Counted from the stretch's first letter, positions 17,746-27,785 are shown. The stretch is DNA of 35,946 bases from Bacteroidota bacterium (GCA_046049605.1 JBJORC010000004.1:1-35946); one strand, 5' to 3'. Translations and numbers: made by a program. Notes: generated by a model from the letters alone, not told the origin.

Positions 17746-18525
17746 CTATGCGGTGCAGTCTACCTCTCCTTTAAAGACCATCCTGGCTGGGCCTATCAAG
17801 TGAATATCTTGAAATTGATGGTGGTTCTTTTTCGTAAAACCTACCTGAAGCATCCCTCCTTTGGTGTGGATGGTGATAGGACTTGTATGGCCTTTGGTGG
17901 CAGCGATGAGTGCAGCTGCTACTACACCCGTACCACAAGAAAGTGTTTCGTCCTCTACCCCTCGTTCATAAGTTCTCACAGTAAGTTTGTTGTCTTGTTC
18001 TAGACCCACAAAGTTAACATTGACGCCTTCCTTCTGAAAGGGTAGTGTATTCCTAATTTGCTTTCCTACTTCGTAAACGTTCAAGTCTTTCCAATCATCT
18101 ACCTGTTTTACGTAGTGAGGTGATCCAGTATTAAGCAAGTAGCCATCCTTCAAGATTTGTATCTCAGAGACATCTCTCAGCTTTAAATGAATCAATTCCT
18201 CCTTGATATATGCCTGATGAGGCCCATCTGTAGTCAGGAAGTAGGCTTCTTGGCCGATGATGCCCAGCTGATTAGCAAGATGCACCGCACACCTGCTGCC
18301 ATTGCCACATAAGCTTTGGCTACCATCTGCATTGTGGTAAACCATTTCAAAGTCGTATCCGCGATGATTTTTGATCACCATAAATCCATCAGCACCTATG
18401 CCAAAGCGCCGGTCGCACAGTTCTTGGACCAGTTGAGTGGAATAAGCGTGGAGTATATCCTGCCTACTGTCAACAATGATGAAATCATTGCCTGTGCCCT
18501 GATATTTGTAAAAAGGTAGGCGCAT
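17746..18525 (-). CDS. dapF: Diaminopimelate epimerase
   Basis: MRLPFYKYQGTGNDFIIVD, NADGS....CGNGSRC and SCGTG are the two catalytic-Cys motifs of DapF. Confidence 0.93.
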   Translation of the reverse strand: MRLPFYKYQGTGNDFIIVDSRQDILHAYSTQLVQELCDRRFGIGADGFMVIKNHRGYDFEMVYHNADGSQSLCGNGSRCAVHLANQLGIIGQEAYFLTTDGPHQAYIKEELIHLKLRDVSEIQILKDGYLLNTGSPHYVKQVDDWKDLNVYEVGKQIRNTLPFQKEGVNVNFVGLEQDNKLTVRTYERGVEDETLSCGTGVVAAALIAATKGHTSPITIHTKGGMLQVGFTKKNHHQFQDIHLIGPARMVFKGEVDCTA

Positions 18526-18557
18526 AGGATATTATTCAAGTTAAATGGCTGAAGGTA

Positions 18558-18592
18558 CAAAAAAGCAATAGCCTCCGGTAGGGGCTATTGCT
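18558..18592 (-). terminator. Rho-independent terminator downstream of rplS
   Basis: The minus strand has a 10-bp perfect stem (AGCAATAGCC / GGCTATTGCT; arms at 18564-18573 and 18583-18592), a 9-nt loop, then TTTTTTG (the plus-strand A-run at 18559-18564, whose last base overlaps the stem arm). It lies about 38 nt after the rplS stop. Confidence 0.65.
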
Positions 18593-18629
18593 TTGGGAAC
18601 ATATTGTGTGGGATAAGCTTCTTTAAAAG

Positions 18630-18986
18630 CTATACGCGCTTCTCTTTCACTTTAGCTGCTTTTCCTTTTTTACCACGCAAGTAATAGAGCCGTGCCCTTC
18701 TCACTACCCCCCGGCGGGTTACCTCTATTTTGTCAATGTTAGGAGAGAGGAGAGGAAAGATCCTCTCCACACCGATATCACCAGATAGCTTTCTGACCGT
18801 AAAGGTCTCACCATTGGTGTTCACATTTCTTCGTTGAATGACTGTACCCTGGAACTGCTGGATTCTTTCCTTACTGCCTTCTTTAATCTTCACGTGCACA
18901 TTGACGTCGTCACCCGTCTTAAAGTCGGGCACGGCCTGCCTCCGCACGTTGTACTCGGCCTCTACTAACTTGATAAGTTTGTTCAT
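18630..18986 (-). CDS. rplS: 50S ribosomal protein L19
   Basis: [12 protein letters not shown]...FKTGD.V.VHVKI.EG.KERIQ.F.G.VI.R...G...TFTVRK.S...GVERIFP..SP.I..IEV.R.G.VRRA.LYYLR. The start is at the Met at 18986; the 24-aa upstream extension of the tracked ORF is not L19-like. Confidence 0.95.
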   Translation of the reverse strand: MNKLIKLVEAEYNVRRQAVPDFKTGDDVNVHVKIKEGSKERIQQFQGTVIQRRNVNTNGETFTVRKLSGDIGVERIFPLLSPNIDKIEVTRRGVVRRARLYYLRGKKGKAAKVKEKRV

Positions 18987-19018
18987 GCTATTGGGGTGTA
19001 TTGGTATCGAAGGGGAGG

Positions 19019-19026
19019 CAAATATA
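19019..19026 (-). promoter_or_regulatory. Candidate -7 element (TATATTTG) for rplS
   Basis: The minus strand reads TATATTTG, which matches TAnnTTTG, 33 nt upstream of the rplS ATG. Confidence 0.3.
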
Positions 19027-19086
19027 CAATATTTTTCAACTTTCACATCGCCCGTCAAAGTTTACTTAGCTTCTCCAAAATATCCT

Positions 19087-19094
19087 TATTTTTG
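19087..19094 (+). promoter_or_regulatory. Candidate -7 element (TATTTTTG) for lepA
   Basis: TATTTTTG lies 17 nt upstream of the lepA ATG. A near-match TTTA at 19061-19064 sits about 22 nt upstream in the -33 position. Confidence 0.35.
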
Positions 19095-19110
19095 CGCACG
19101 CATCACCGCC

Positions 19111-20898
19111 ATGAAGAACATCCGCAATTTCTGCATCATTGCCCACATTGACCATGGGAAAAGTACTTTGGCAGATCGGCTGCTCGAGACCACTAAAACC
19201 GTATCAGGCCGAGACTCTCAGGCACAGCTATTGGACGACATGGATCTGGAGCGGGAGCGGGGTATCACAATCAAGAGCCATGCCATCCAGATGCACTATA
19301 CTTTGGCAAGCCATGCGTATGTGCTCAATCTGATCGATACGCCGGGTCATGTAGACTTTTCGTATGAAGTTTCTCGTTCTATAGCTGCTTGTGAGGGCGC
19401 TCTCCTCGTGGTAGATGCTGCACAGGGTATTGAAGCGCAGACTATCTCTAATCTCTACCTGGCGTTGGACCGCGACCTGGAAATTATTCCCGTACTCAAC
19501 AAGATCGACCTGCCAGGTGCGATGCCCGAGGAAGTCAAAGATCAGATGATAGACCTGTTGGGCTGTGAGCGCGAAAGCATTATTGCTGCCAGTGCCAAAG
19601 AAGGGATTGGCATTGAAGCCATCTTACAAGCCATTGTAGCGCGTATCCCTGCCCCTGTTGGCAATCCTAATGCCCCGTTGCAGGCCATGATTTTTGACTC
19701 TGTATATAACTCTTTTAGAGGCATAGAAGTATACTTTAAGATCCTCAATGGCACGATTAGTAAGGGAGATCGAGTTAAGTTTCTGAGTACAGGAAAAGCC
19801 TATGGAGTAGATGAGATCGGTGTTCTCAAGTTGCACCAAATGCCTCAACCATCGCTCAGCGCAGGCAATGTGGGTTACCTCATCTCTGGCATCAAAGATG
19901 CGCGCGAGGTCAAGGTCGGAGACACCATTACCCATGTGGATCGTCCCTGCAGTGAAGCGGTCGAAGGCTTTGCGAGCGTCAAGCCTATGGTTTTTGCAGG
20001 CATCTATCCTGTGGAGACATCTGCGTATGAAGAACTGCGGGCATCGATGGAAAAACTACGACTTAATGATGCTGCTTTGGTATGGGAGCCCGAAACGTCC
20101 ATTGCTTTAGGGTTTGGTTTTCGATGTGGTTTCTTGGGCATGCTGCACATGGAGATTGTACAAGAGCGGTTAGAAAGAGAATTTGATATGACTGTGATCA
20201 CCACAGTCCCTTCAGTACAGTTTCATGTGATTGACAAGCAAGGACATACCCAAGTGGTGAACGCTCCCGCTGAGATGCCTGACCCTGGCACGATTGATCA
20301 GATCCAGGAACCCTTTATCAATGCTCAGATTATTACCAAGCCAGAATTTATCGGTAGCATCGTGAAGTTGTGTATGGACAAAAGAGGAACACTTAAAAAT
20401 CAGGTTTACCTTACTACCAACCGGGTAGAGCTTACTTTTTCATTGCCGCTGGCCGAGATCGTGTTCGACTTCTTTGACAAGCTTAAGAGCCTCTCCCAAG
20501 GCTATGCATCGCTAGACTACGAGCTGACTGGTTTTGTGCCTTCTCACCTAGTGAAACTAGATATCCTGCTCAACGGAGAAAAGGTAGACGCCCTCTCAGC
20601 CATTGTACACCGGGCCAAAGCCCATGCATGGGGTAAAAAGCTATGCGCAAAGTTGAAAGAATTACTTCCGCGTCAAATGTTTGAGATTGCCATCCAGGCA
20701 GCCATTGGTGTCAAGGTAGTTGCCCGAGAAACAGTGAAAGCACTCCGCAAGAATGTCATTGCAAAATGCTACGGAGGCGATATATCTAGAAAAAGAAAGT
20801 TGCTAGAAAAGCAGAAAAAAGGCAAAAAACGCATGCGACAAGTAGGCGCTGTAGAGATACCGCAAGAAGCATTTCTAGCAGTTTTAAAGCTAGACTAG
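19111..20898 (+). CDS. lepA: Translation elongation factor 4 (LepA)
   Basis: [33 protein letters not shown] and NKID, plus the LepA-specific C-terminus ...[24 protein letters not shown]. The tracked ORF start at 18838 is an antisense overlap of rplS; the true start is ATG 19111. Confidence 0.97.
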   Translation: MKNIRNFCIIAHIDHGKSTLADRLLETTKTVSGRDSQAQLLDDMDLERERGITIKSHAIQMHYTLASHAYVLNLIDTPGHVDFSYEVSRSIAACEGALLVVDAAQGIEAQTISNLYLALDRDLEIIPVLNKIDLPGAMPEEVKDQMIDLLGCERESIIAASAKEGIGIEAILQAIVARIPAPVGNPNAPLQAMIFDSVYNSFRGIEVYFKILNGTISKGDRVKFLSTGKAYGVDEIGVLKLHQMPQPSLSAGNVGYLISGIKDAREVKVGDTITHVDRPCSEAVEGFASVKPMVFAGIYPVETSAYEELRASMEKLRLNDAALVWEPETSIALGFGFRCGFLGMLHMEIVQERLEREFDMTVITTVPSVQFHVIDKQGHTQVVNAPAEMPDPGTIDQIQEPFINAQIITKPEFIGSIVKLCMDKRGTLKNQVYLTTNRVELTFSLPLAEIVFDFFDKLKSLSQGYASLDYELTGFVPSHLVKLDILLNGEKVDALSAIVHRAKAHAWGKKLCAKLKELLPRQMFEIAIQAAIGVKVVARETVKALRKNVIAKCYGGDISRKRKLLEKQKKGKKRMRQVGAVEIPQEAFLAVLKLD

Positions 20899-21023
20899 AG
20901 CAATGATCAACCATGAGGGATGCATGAATCGAGTACGTTACACTAACTACCTCGAGCATCCATGGACGTCTGGGATAATCAGAACGCATAATGCATCATT
21001 CAATCATTCATAACTAAAAAGAG

Positions 21024-21908
21024 GTGATTCTTCTTGACGGCAAAGCAACAGCAGCCACAATTCGGGAAAATCTCTCCCAACAAGTGCATGCTACCCAAGT
21101 CAGTGGCGGTAGGGTGCCCCGCCTGGCTGTGATGCTCATTGGCCACGACCCGGCTAGCCATACTTATGTACATGCCAAGCGCAAAGCGTGCCAAGAAGTA
21201 GGCTTTCGGTCTACGCTCATTCAACATGCAACTATACAAGAGGCGGACTTGTTGCGGCACATTGAACATGTTAACAATGATTCAACAATCGATGGGCTGA
21301 TTGTACAGCTCCCCTTGCCTCAACACATCAACGTACAAAAAGTAATTCACCACATAAAACCCGCGAAAGACGTAGACGGCTTCCATCCGCTTAACTATGG
21401 CAATATGGCCCGTAACTTGCCGGCGCATGTGCCAGCCACACCGCTAGGCATCTTAACGTTGTTGGCCCACTACCAGATTGAAACCAGCGGCAAGCATTGT
21501 GTTATTATCGGTAGAAGTCGTACGGTAGGTGCCCCTCTGAGTATTTTAATGAGCCGAGACAGTTATCCAGGCAATGCCACAGTGACACTTTGCCACAGCC
21601 ACACCCAACACCTGAACGAACTCACACGCCAAGCAGATATCCTGGTGGCTGCTGTGGGAAAACCCCTGCTCATCACTGCCAGCATGGTTAAAGAAGGGGC
21701 GGTGGTCATTGATGTGGGTATTACATGGGTGCCAGATAAGACTCGGAAATTGGGATATCGCCTGCAGGGTGATGTGGATTTTGTGCAGGTGGCACCACGT
21801 TGTAGCTATATCACTCCTGTGCCTGGTGGGGTAGGCCCCATGACCATTGCGGCTTTGTTGCTCAACACCCTGCGCGCAGCACAAAATAAAGTGTATGCCT
21901 CAGGCTAA
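21024..21908 (+). CDS. folD: Bifunctional methylenetetrahydrofolate dehydrogenase/cyclohydrolase FolD
   Basis: ILLDGKA.A..I, DP.S..YV..K.K, GLIVQLPLP, KDVDGFHP.N.G, GRS..VG.P and TPVPGGVGPMT are all present. The start is GTG at 21024. Confidence 0.93.
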   Translation: MILLDGKATAATIRENLSQQVHATQVSGGRVPRLAVMLIGHDPASHTYVHAKRKACQEVGFRSTLIQHATIQEADLLRHIEHVNNDSTIDGLIVQLPLPQHINVQKVIHHIKPAKDVDGFHPLNYGNMARNLPAHVPATPLGILTLLAHYQIETSGKHCVIIGRSRTVGAPLSILMSRDSYPGNATVTLCHSHTQHLNELTRQADILVAAVGKPLLITASMVKEGAVVIDVGITWVPDKTRKLGYRLQGDVDFVQVAPRCSYITPVPGGVGPMTIAALLLNTLRAAQNKVYASG

Positions 21909-22032
21909 GGAGCACAACACCTGGAAGCAGCCTGTTACCTGTGTAAAGTCTTGCCGGTATTATCCCCATTGAGGAAGCTTTTTCCAGCCACATCCTTGAA
22001 ATTCAAGTCAAATGACCTAAATTGGGAGTCTT

Positions 22033-23559
22033 ATGTTCTCGTATATCCAACGCTCTTTCTTTGTTGTATTGTGCTTGTTATGGCTTGCGAATAGTCCAGT
22101 AACAAAAGCGGTGCCCTTGATACAAAAGGCACCAGCAACCCAAGGACAACTGTTAGATAGTATTGGAAATTCCGAAGAGCCAGGCCCTGCTGTAGCAGCT
22201 ACAGGTAGCCATGATACTACAGACCAAGCCGACCTGCCTCCTATCTGGCTGGTTGTGCCTTTTGTAGTGCTCCTGCTGATGATTGCCACAGGCCCGCTGT
22301 TGTACGAAAAATTTTGGCACCAGCACTATCCCAAAGTTGCTATGCTGTTGGCAGTCTTAGTACTCGCCTACTACCTCTTGGTCTTGCATGATTGGGGAAA
22401 GCCTGTGGAAGCCTTGGCGGAATATGTGCAGTTCATTGCGTTGATAGCTGCTTTGTACACGACTTCTGGCGGAATTTTAATAGCGGTGAACAGGCAGGCT
22501 ACCCCCTTGATTAACTTAGGAGTACTATTTACAGGCGCTGTTATGGCCAACCTTATTGGTACGACAGGGGCTTCTATGCTGCTCATTCGACCTTATATGA
22601 GGCTGAACCAGGGTAGGATCAGAGTATACCATATCGTGTTCTTTATTTTTATGGTGAGTAATATAGGAGGCGCACTTACACCTATTGGTGATCCGCCACT
22701 TTTTTTGGGATTCTTGAGTGGAGTGCCTTTTTTCTGGACGCTACAACATAATTTACTGCCCTGGCTGACCGCCTTGTCGTTACTAGGTATTGCCTTTTAT
22801 TACTTGGATATCTACAATACCGACAACACAGAACAAACATCTATCGACCCAGCCAAGCCCACCCTCCACTTGGTAGGTAAGCATAACTTTATTTGGTTTG
22901 CCATCATCATTGGTACTGTTTTTGTAGACCCCAACATCTTTGATTGGGTGCCTGCCCTCTGTTATGGTCGCTACTCATTCTCCTTTGTACGGGAGCTTGT
23001 CCTCTTAGGGGTAGCATGGCTCTCTTACCATTATGCAGATCGGCATGCGGTGCAAGAAAATGAATTTAGTTGGGCACCCCTCCGGGAGGTAGCAGTGCTC
23101 TTTGTGGGTATATTTGGCACCATGATTCCTGCACTGCAGTTGATTAGTGCTTTTGCAGGATCTGAAACAGGGCATGCTGTCATTACGCACAACACACTTT
23201 ACTGGGGTGCTGGTTTCTTCTCTTCCATACTAGATAATGCTCCTACGTACCTCAACTTTGGTGCGGCTAGCATGGCTGCTCACGGAGCCGATATCACTGA
23301 CGTGGCAGATGTCAAAAAATTTGCTGCTGGGGGTGTTTTTCACAACTCTGTGCTACAGCTCAAGGCCATCTCTATTGCTTCAGTGTTTTTTGGAGCTATG
23401 ACCTACATTGGTAACGGACCCAATTTTATGGTCAAAGCCATTGCTGAGCAGTTGGACCTACGTATGCCTTCTTTCTTTGCCTACATCCTTCGGTTTTCAG
23501 TGCCCATCTTACTCCCTGTGCTCGCTATTATTTGGCTGTTATTCTTTGCTTTCTCGTAG
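22033..23559 (+). CDS. ArsB/NhaD-superfamily permease (family usually annotated as sodium:proton antiporter)
   Basis: A 508-aa polytopic protein with LIRPYMRLNQ...VSNIGGALTPIGDPPLFLGFLSGVPFFWT, a block I recognise from Bacteroidota 'sodium:proton antiporter' entries. It carries an N-terminal extension of about 70 aa with a signal-like segment and a low-complexity stretch. Confidence 0.65.
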   Translation: MFSYIQRSFFVVLCLLWLANSPVTKAVPLIQKAPATQGQLLDSIGNSEEPGPAVAATGSHDTTDQADLPPIWLVVPFVVLLLMIATGPLLYEKFWHQHYPKVAMLLAVLVLAYYLLVLHDWGKPVEALAEYVQFIALIAALYTTSGGILIAVNRQATPLINLGVLFTGAVMANLIGTTGASMLLIRPYMRLNQGRIRVYHIVFFIFMVSNIGGALTPIGDPPLFLGFLSGVPFFWTLQHNLLPWLTALSLLGIAFYYLDIYNTDNTEQTSIDPAKPTLHLVGKHNFIWFAIIIGTVFVDPNIFDWVPALCYGRYSFSFVRELVLLGVAWLSYHYADRHAVQENEFSWAPLREVAVLFVGIFGTMIPALQLISAFAGSETGHAVITHNTLYWGAGFFSSILDNAPTYLNFGAASMAAHGADITDVADVKKFAAGGVFHNSVLQLKAISIASVFFGAMTYIGNGPNFMVKAIAEQLDLRMPSFFAYILRFSVPILLPVLAIIWLLFFAFS

Positions 23560-23608
23560 TGTTTCTACCTTTTGTGGCCAAGCTTGTATGAATTCATACC
23601 TGTGGTCT

Positions 23609-23616
23609 TACATTTG
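23609..23616 (+). promoter_or_regulatory. Candidate -7 element (TACATTTG) for ftsQAZ
   Basis: TACATTTG matches TAnnTTTG and lies 35 nt upstream of the GTG start of ftsQ. No TTTG is present at the canonical -33 spacing. Confidence 0.3.
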
Positions 23617-23651
23617 CGTAAAATGGCAGCGCCAATTACTTTTTTACGTCA

Positions 23652-24413
23652 GTGCTGAAGGCCCGTCAACTTATCCAGGTAATAGCGCTACTGCTAAGTA
23701 GTGTGTTGTTGGCGCTAGCCGTTGTGTTTGCTGAAAAAAAACATGCTGGCAGAACATGCCAAAGCGTTGTTATTATGATTGCTGGTGAGGAAGAGCAGCA
23801 GTTTGTTGACAAAGAAGATTTGCTCAAACGACTTACTGCCAATACGACGACACCCATTCTGGGCGCGTCCTTGCAAGCGCTGGAGGCCCTAAAAATTGAA
23901 AATATCGTTAAGAGTAATGACTTTGTGCGTACGGGGATTGCCTATAAAAGTTGGAAGGGAGACCTGAAAATAGAGATTCTTCCCAGGAGGCCCATTGCCA
24001 GAATAATTTATCCGAACCACCAAAGTCAGTACGTTGATGAAGACGGTACGCTCTTACCGTTGTCAGATCAGTATACAGCAAGGGTACTCCTGGTTGAGGC
24101 AGAGCGGTTACGAGGTGTCAAGAAGAACCTAAGAGAGCATGCCTATGGGGCAGCGTTGCTAGCATTATTGAACTATATTGACCGGGATCCATTTTGGCGT
24201 GCTCAGATTGTATATATGGGCATTGATGAAGAAGGAAAGATTGTTATGCACACGCAGATCAGCAAACAGCGTGTAGAATTTGGCTTTCCTGAGGCCATAG
24301 AGGAAAGGTTGACCAAATTAGGGCTCTTTTACAAGCAAATCGTCCCATACAAAGGATGGAACACCTACAAGCGGGTCAATATTGAATTTGACAATCAAAT
24401 AGTCTGTGAATGA
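23652..24413 (+). CDS. ftsQ: Cell division protein FtsQ (POTRA domain)
   Basis: It has an N-terminal TM anchor (LIQVIALLLSSVLLALAVVF) followed by a POTRA-like region, and sits immediately upstream of ftsA-ftsZ. A GTG start is needed to retain the anchor. Confidence 0.8.
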   Translation: MLKARQLIQVIALLLSSVLLALAVVFAEKKHAGRTCQSVVIMIAGEEEQQFVDKEDLLKRLTANTTTPILGASLQALEALKIENIVKSNDFVRTGIAYKSWKGDLKIEILPRRPIARIIYPNHQSQYVDEDGTLLPLSDQYTARVLLVEAERLRGVKKNLREHAYGAALLALLNYIDRDPFWRAQIVYMGIDEEGKIVMHTQISKQRVEFGFPEAIEERLTKLGLFYKQIVPYKGWNTYKRVNIEFDNQIVCE

Positions 24414-24416
24414 AGC

Positions 24417-25730
24417 ATGGAAAAAGAAAAAATTATCGTAGGCCTTGACATCGGGACTACTAAAATTTGTGTGCTTGTAGGAAAAAAAAATGAATACGGT
24501 AAACTCGAGGTGTTGGGCATGGGAAAGGCAGTGTCAGACGGTGTCGTAAGGGGCATGGTGACCAACATTGATAAGACTGTTATTGCTATTGAAAAAGCCG
24601 TTAAGGAAGCAGAAGATAGCTCCCATATTGACATCAATGTGGTGAATGTAGGCATTGCCGGCCGCCATATCAAAAGTACCCTCCATCGAGGAAGTATTAC
24701 CCGCGAAGCAGTAGACGAGGAAATCACCGTAGAAGATGTAGCCAAGCTTACTAGTGACATGTACAGGATTGTGACGCCGCCGGGCAGTGAAATTATTCAT
24801 GTAATGCCCCAGAACTACACGGTAGACTACGAAGAAGGCATTAAAGACCCGGTAGGCATGTCGGGTGTAAAGCTCGAAGCGGATTTCCATATCATCACTG
24901 CCAAGACCAGCGCCATCAACAATGTGTATAAGTGTATCAAGAGAGCGGGGCTAGAAGTAGACAACCTTATTTTGGAGCCGCTTTCCTCTAGCCTCGCGGT
25001 GCTGAGCGATGACGAAAAAGAAGCGGGTGTGTGCCTCGTAGATATTGGGGGCGGCACGGTGGATATTGCTATTTTCTATGATTCAATTATACGCCACACT
25101 GCTGTGATCCCTTTTGGGGGCAATATCATTACGGCAGACATCAAGCAAGGCTGTATGGTCATGGAGCACCAGGCAGAATTGTTAAAGACTAAGTTTGGCA
25201 AAGCCATTGCTGAAGAAGCAGGCACCAACGAACTTATCACCATTCCAGGACTTAGAAGTCGCCCCCCTAAAGAAATCTCTGTTCGGAATCTGGCCTATAT
25301 CATTGAGGCAAGAATGGAGGAAATTATTGAACTCATTCATACAGAAATTATCGCATCAGGGTTCCATGACAAGCTTGCTGCAGGGCTTGTTGTTACCGGT
25401 GGCGGAGCGCAGCTGCAGTATATTAAGCAGCTATTTGAATACATTACAGGGCTAGACACAAGGATAGGCTATCCTAACGAACACCTAGGAAAAGGCAAGC
25501 GCGATGAAGTCAAAAGCCCTATGCATGCCACAGGAGTGGGCTTGGTGCTAGCAGGCTTCAAAGCATTAGATTACCGGGAGGAATACCACAGAGAAGTAAA
25601 GGGGGCTGTCAACATTGCTGCTAAGCAAAGCAACAAAAAGGACAGGCAGCCTTCGGATTTCTTTCGGAGGATGTTGAACAAAACCAAAGGGTTGTTGATT
25701 GATGATTATGACGGTAAAAAGGGATATTAA
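24417..25730 (+). CDS. ftsA: Cell division protein FtsA
   Basis: GLDIGTTKICVLVG, VDIGGGTVDIAIF and VVTGGGAQL are actin-fold motifs. The ATG lies 3 nt after the ftsQ stop. Confidence 0.95.
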   Translation: MEKEKIIVGLDIGTTKICVLVGKKNEYGKLEVLGMGKAVSDGVVRGMVTNIDKTVIAIEKAVKEAEDSSHIDINVVNVGIAGRHIKSTLHRGSITREAVDEEITVEDVAKLTSDMYRIVTPPGSEIIHVMPQNYTVDYEEGIKDPVGMSGVKLEADFHIITAKTSAINNVYKCIKRAGLEVDNLILEPLSSSLAVLSDDEKEAGVCLVDIGGGTVDIAIFYDSIIRHTAVIPFGGNIITADIKQGCMVMEHQAELLKTKFGKAIAEEAGTNELITIPGLRSRPPKEISVRNLAYIIEARMEEIIELIHTEIIASGFHDKLAAGLVVTGGGAQLQYIKQLFEYITGLDTRIGYPNEHLGKGKRDEVKSPMHATGVGLVLAGFKALDYREEYHREVKGAVNIAAKQSNKKDRQPSDFFRRMLNKTKGLLIDDYDGKKGY

Positions 25731-25782
25731 CCTTTCTAAAGCACTTACTTTATCGTTCAGTGCGCACAACTCCCATTGAAAT

Positions 25783-27189
25783 ATGGAAAAGGGCACCTAT
25801 AGATTTGACTTACCCACACACCATCAGTCGATTATTAAGGTCATTGGCGTAGGAGGAGGGGGGAGTAATGCCGTGAACAACATGTACGATCGGGGTATTA
25901 AAGATGTGTCATTTGTGGTTTGCAACACCGATGCGCAGGCCTTGAAGAATAGCCCCATAGAACGAAAACTGCAGCTGGGTATGCACCTCACTGGAGGGTT
26001 GGGGGCTGGTGCCAACCCTGAGGTAGGTAAAAACGCAGCTCTTGAGAGCAGAGATGATATTAAAGAATTACTTAGTGATGCTACCAGAATGGTCTTTATC
26101 ACGGCAGGCATGGGAGGAGGAACGGGCACCGGCGCCGCGCCCGTGATTGCAGGCATAGCCAGAAAGATGGGTATACTAACTGTAGGGATCGTTACCCAGC
26201 CCTTTTCTTTTGAAGGGAAGAAAAAGCTTCAACAAGCCCAGGAAGGCATCAAGCAGCTGCGTCAACACTGTGACACTGTCTTAGTGATTCTCAATGACCG
26301 CCTAAGGTCAGTTTTTGGTAACCTGTCTGTTGGAAATGCCTTTGCACAAGCAGATAATGTGCTGACGACCGCTGCCAAGAGTATTGCCGAGATCATCACT
26401 GTGCCTGGTTATGTCAATGTGGATTTTGAAGATGTAAAGACCGTTATGAAGAATGCGGGTGCTGCTGTGATGGGGTCTGGCCAGGCAGAAGGAGAGGGGA
26501 GGGCTCTGAAGGCCGCTGAAGCAGCACTGGCATCGCCTCTCTTAGATTATAAAGACATCCACGGTGCCAAAAAGATATTGCTCTCCATTGTTTCAGGCAA
26601 AGAAGCAGAGCTGCAGATGGACGAGCTCACTATCATCACAGATTATATCCAAGATCAGATTGGGGATGATGCGGAGATGATTTTTGGGCATGGCTCTGAC
26701 CCCCAATTGGAGGAAAATATTAGAGTAACGGTGATTGCCACAGGCTTTGAAGAAGAAAGTGAGACAGTTATTTACCAAGCACAAACACCGTCTACAACAT
26801 CGCCACTAGACCAACAGACCCACCTTTTTGGAAGATCAGGCCAGCAGCCTACGGATAGACAATTCCTCAGAACTTACCAGGGTACTGTGGCCACTCGTAC
26901 AAAGATGCGTAGTAAGAGTGCTGGAGACCCAGGAGATACTTTACAACCACTCGATGCATTAGAACAAAAGAAACAATACTTGCAACAAAAAGCGCAGGCA
27001 AGGATTGATGCACTAGAGATGAGGAAAGAGAAAACTATGAGCGAGGAGCAATTCAAAGAATGGCTAGAAGTACCGGCTTATCTTAGAAAAGACATCCAAC
27101 TCCGGCCGATAACATCCCTGCCTGAGCAAGGCATTGCCCGCTACCCGCTCGATGATGACAAAGACACCGAAACTAAGGAGAAAGCATAA
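25783..27189 (+). CDS. ftsZ: Cell division GTPase FtsZ
   Basis: IKVIGVGGGGSNAVN, the tubulin signature GMGGGTGTGAAPV, and the C-terminal peptide EVPAYLRK are present. Confidence 0.97.
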   Translation: MEKGTYRFDLPTHHQSIIKVIGVGGGGSNAVNNMYDRGIKDVSFVVCNTDAQALKNSPIERKLQLGMHLTGGLGAGANPEVGKNAALESRDDIKELLSDATRMVFITAGMGGGTGTGAAPVIAGIARKMGILTVGIVTQPFSFEGKKKLQQAQEGIKQLRQHCDTVLVILNDRLRSVFGNLSVGNAFAQADNVLTTAAKSIAEIITVPGYVNVDFEDVKTVMKNAGAAVMGSGQAEGEGRALKAAEAALASPLLDYKDIHGAKKILLSIVSGKEAELQMDELTIITDYIQDQIGDDAEMIFGHGSDPQLEENIRVTVIATGFEEESETVIYQAQTPSTTSPLDQQTHLFGRSGQQPTDRQFLRTYQGTVATRTKMRSKSAGDPGDTLQPLDALEQKKQYLQQKAQARIDALEMRKEKTMSEEQFKEWLEVPAYLRKDIQLRPITSLPEQGIARYPLDDDKDTETKEKA

Positions 27190-27248
27190 GCTGCGTCCGT
27201 TGCACCAGGTGTATTGATGATCGTATAGCGGTACACGAAAAGCAGGCC

Positions 27249-27785
27249 TCAATAATTGATGATCCCTTCGGCTTGTTCCTCCAACATTTGCACATACCGC
27301 CCATTGGCCAAAATAGTTGCCAACTGACTGTCCTGAATGCCGCTTATCCTTGGTTTTAGAGGGTAAACATGCATTTTCAAATAGTGGAAGATGTCTGTCA
27401 GGTGACTCATGGCGAAAGCACCTCCTTGGGGCCCCTTGGACATGCCTACCATGGCACATTTTTTGTCTCTAAAAGTGTTAGGAAACTGTAGCCCATCGAT
27501 AAATGCTTTGAAAACGCCAGGAAAAGAACCATTGTATTCAGGAATAATAAATACGTATTTCTGCGCGGTTTCCATGATCGCCCTCAGGCGATTAAATTCG
27601 GGGTTTTTGCCATTATTCTCATATAGCGCAGTCACCGTGAAGTCGGCAGGCAATCTGGTGAGCTTCAGTACTTGGTTATCACAACCTCTCTTTTGCAAAA
27701 GCCCTGCGTAATAATCAGATACCTGGGCGGTCAAAGAGTCTTTGTTGTTAGTAGTAGAAATGACTATAACCTTGGCGTTACTCAT
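27249..27785 (-). CDS. NADPH-dependent FMN reductase-family oxidoreductase
   Basis: 178 aa, flavodoxin-like. KVIVISTTNN...S.. (phosphate-binding loop region) and YVFIIPEYNGSFPGVFKAFID are typical of the FMN_red family. Confidence 0.8.
   Translation of the reverse strand: MSNAKVIVISTTNNKDSLTAQVSDYYAGLLQKRGCDNQVLKLTRLPADFTVTALYENNGKNPEFNRLRAIMETAQKYVFIIPEYNGSFPGVFKAFIDGLQFPNTFRDKKCAMVGMSKGPQGGAFAMSHLTDIFHYLKMHVYPLKPRISGIQDSQLATILANGRYVQMLEEQAEGIINY

Noticed and set aside
18838-19110. The 91-codon N-terminal extension of the lepA ORF
   Set aside because: It is antisense to rplS and its upstream region and has no LepA similarity. The conserved LepA N-terminus [19 protein letters not shown] starts at 19111, behind a -7-like promoter element.
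20899-21023. Imperfect inverted repeat GGATGC..CGAG / CTCG.GCATCC after lepA as a possible terminator
   Set aside because: The stem is interrupted, the loop is long, and no T-tract follows. That is not enough to call a terminator.
27064-27711. ORFs 27064..27459 (minus) and 27409..27711 (plus) overlapping the FMN-reductase gene and the ftsZ end
   Set aside because: They overlap well-supported genes out of frame or antisense, and their products have no recognisable motifs.
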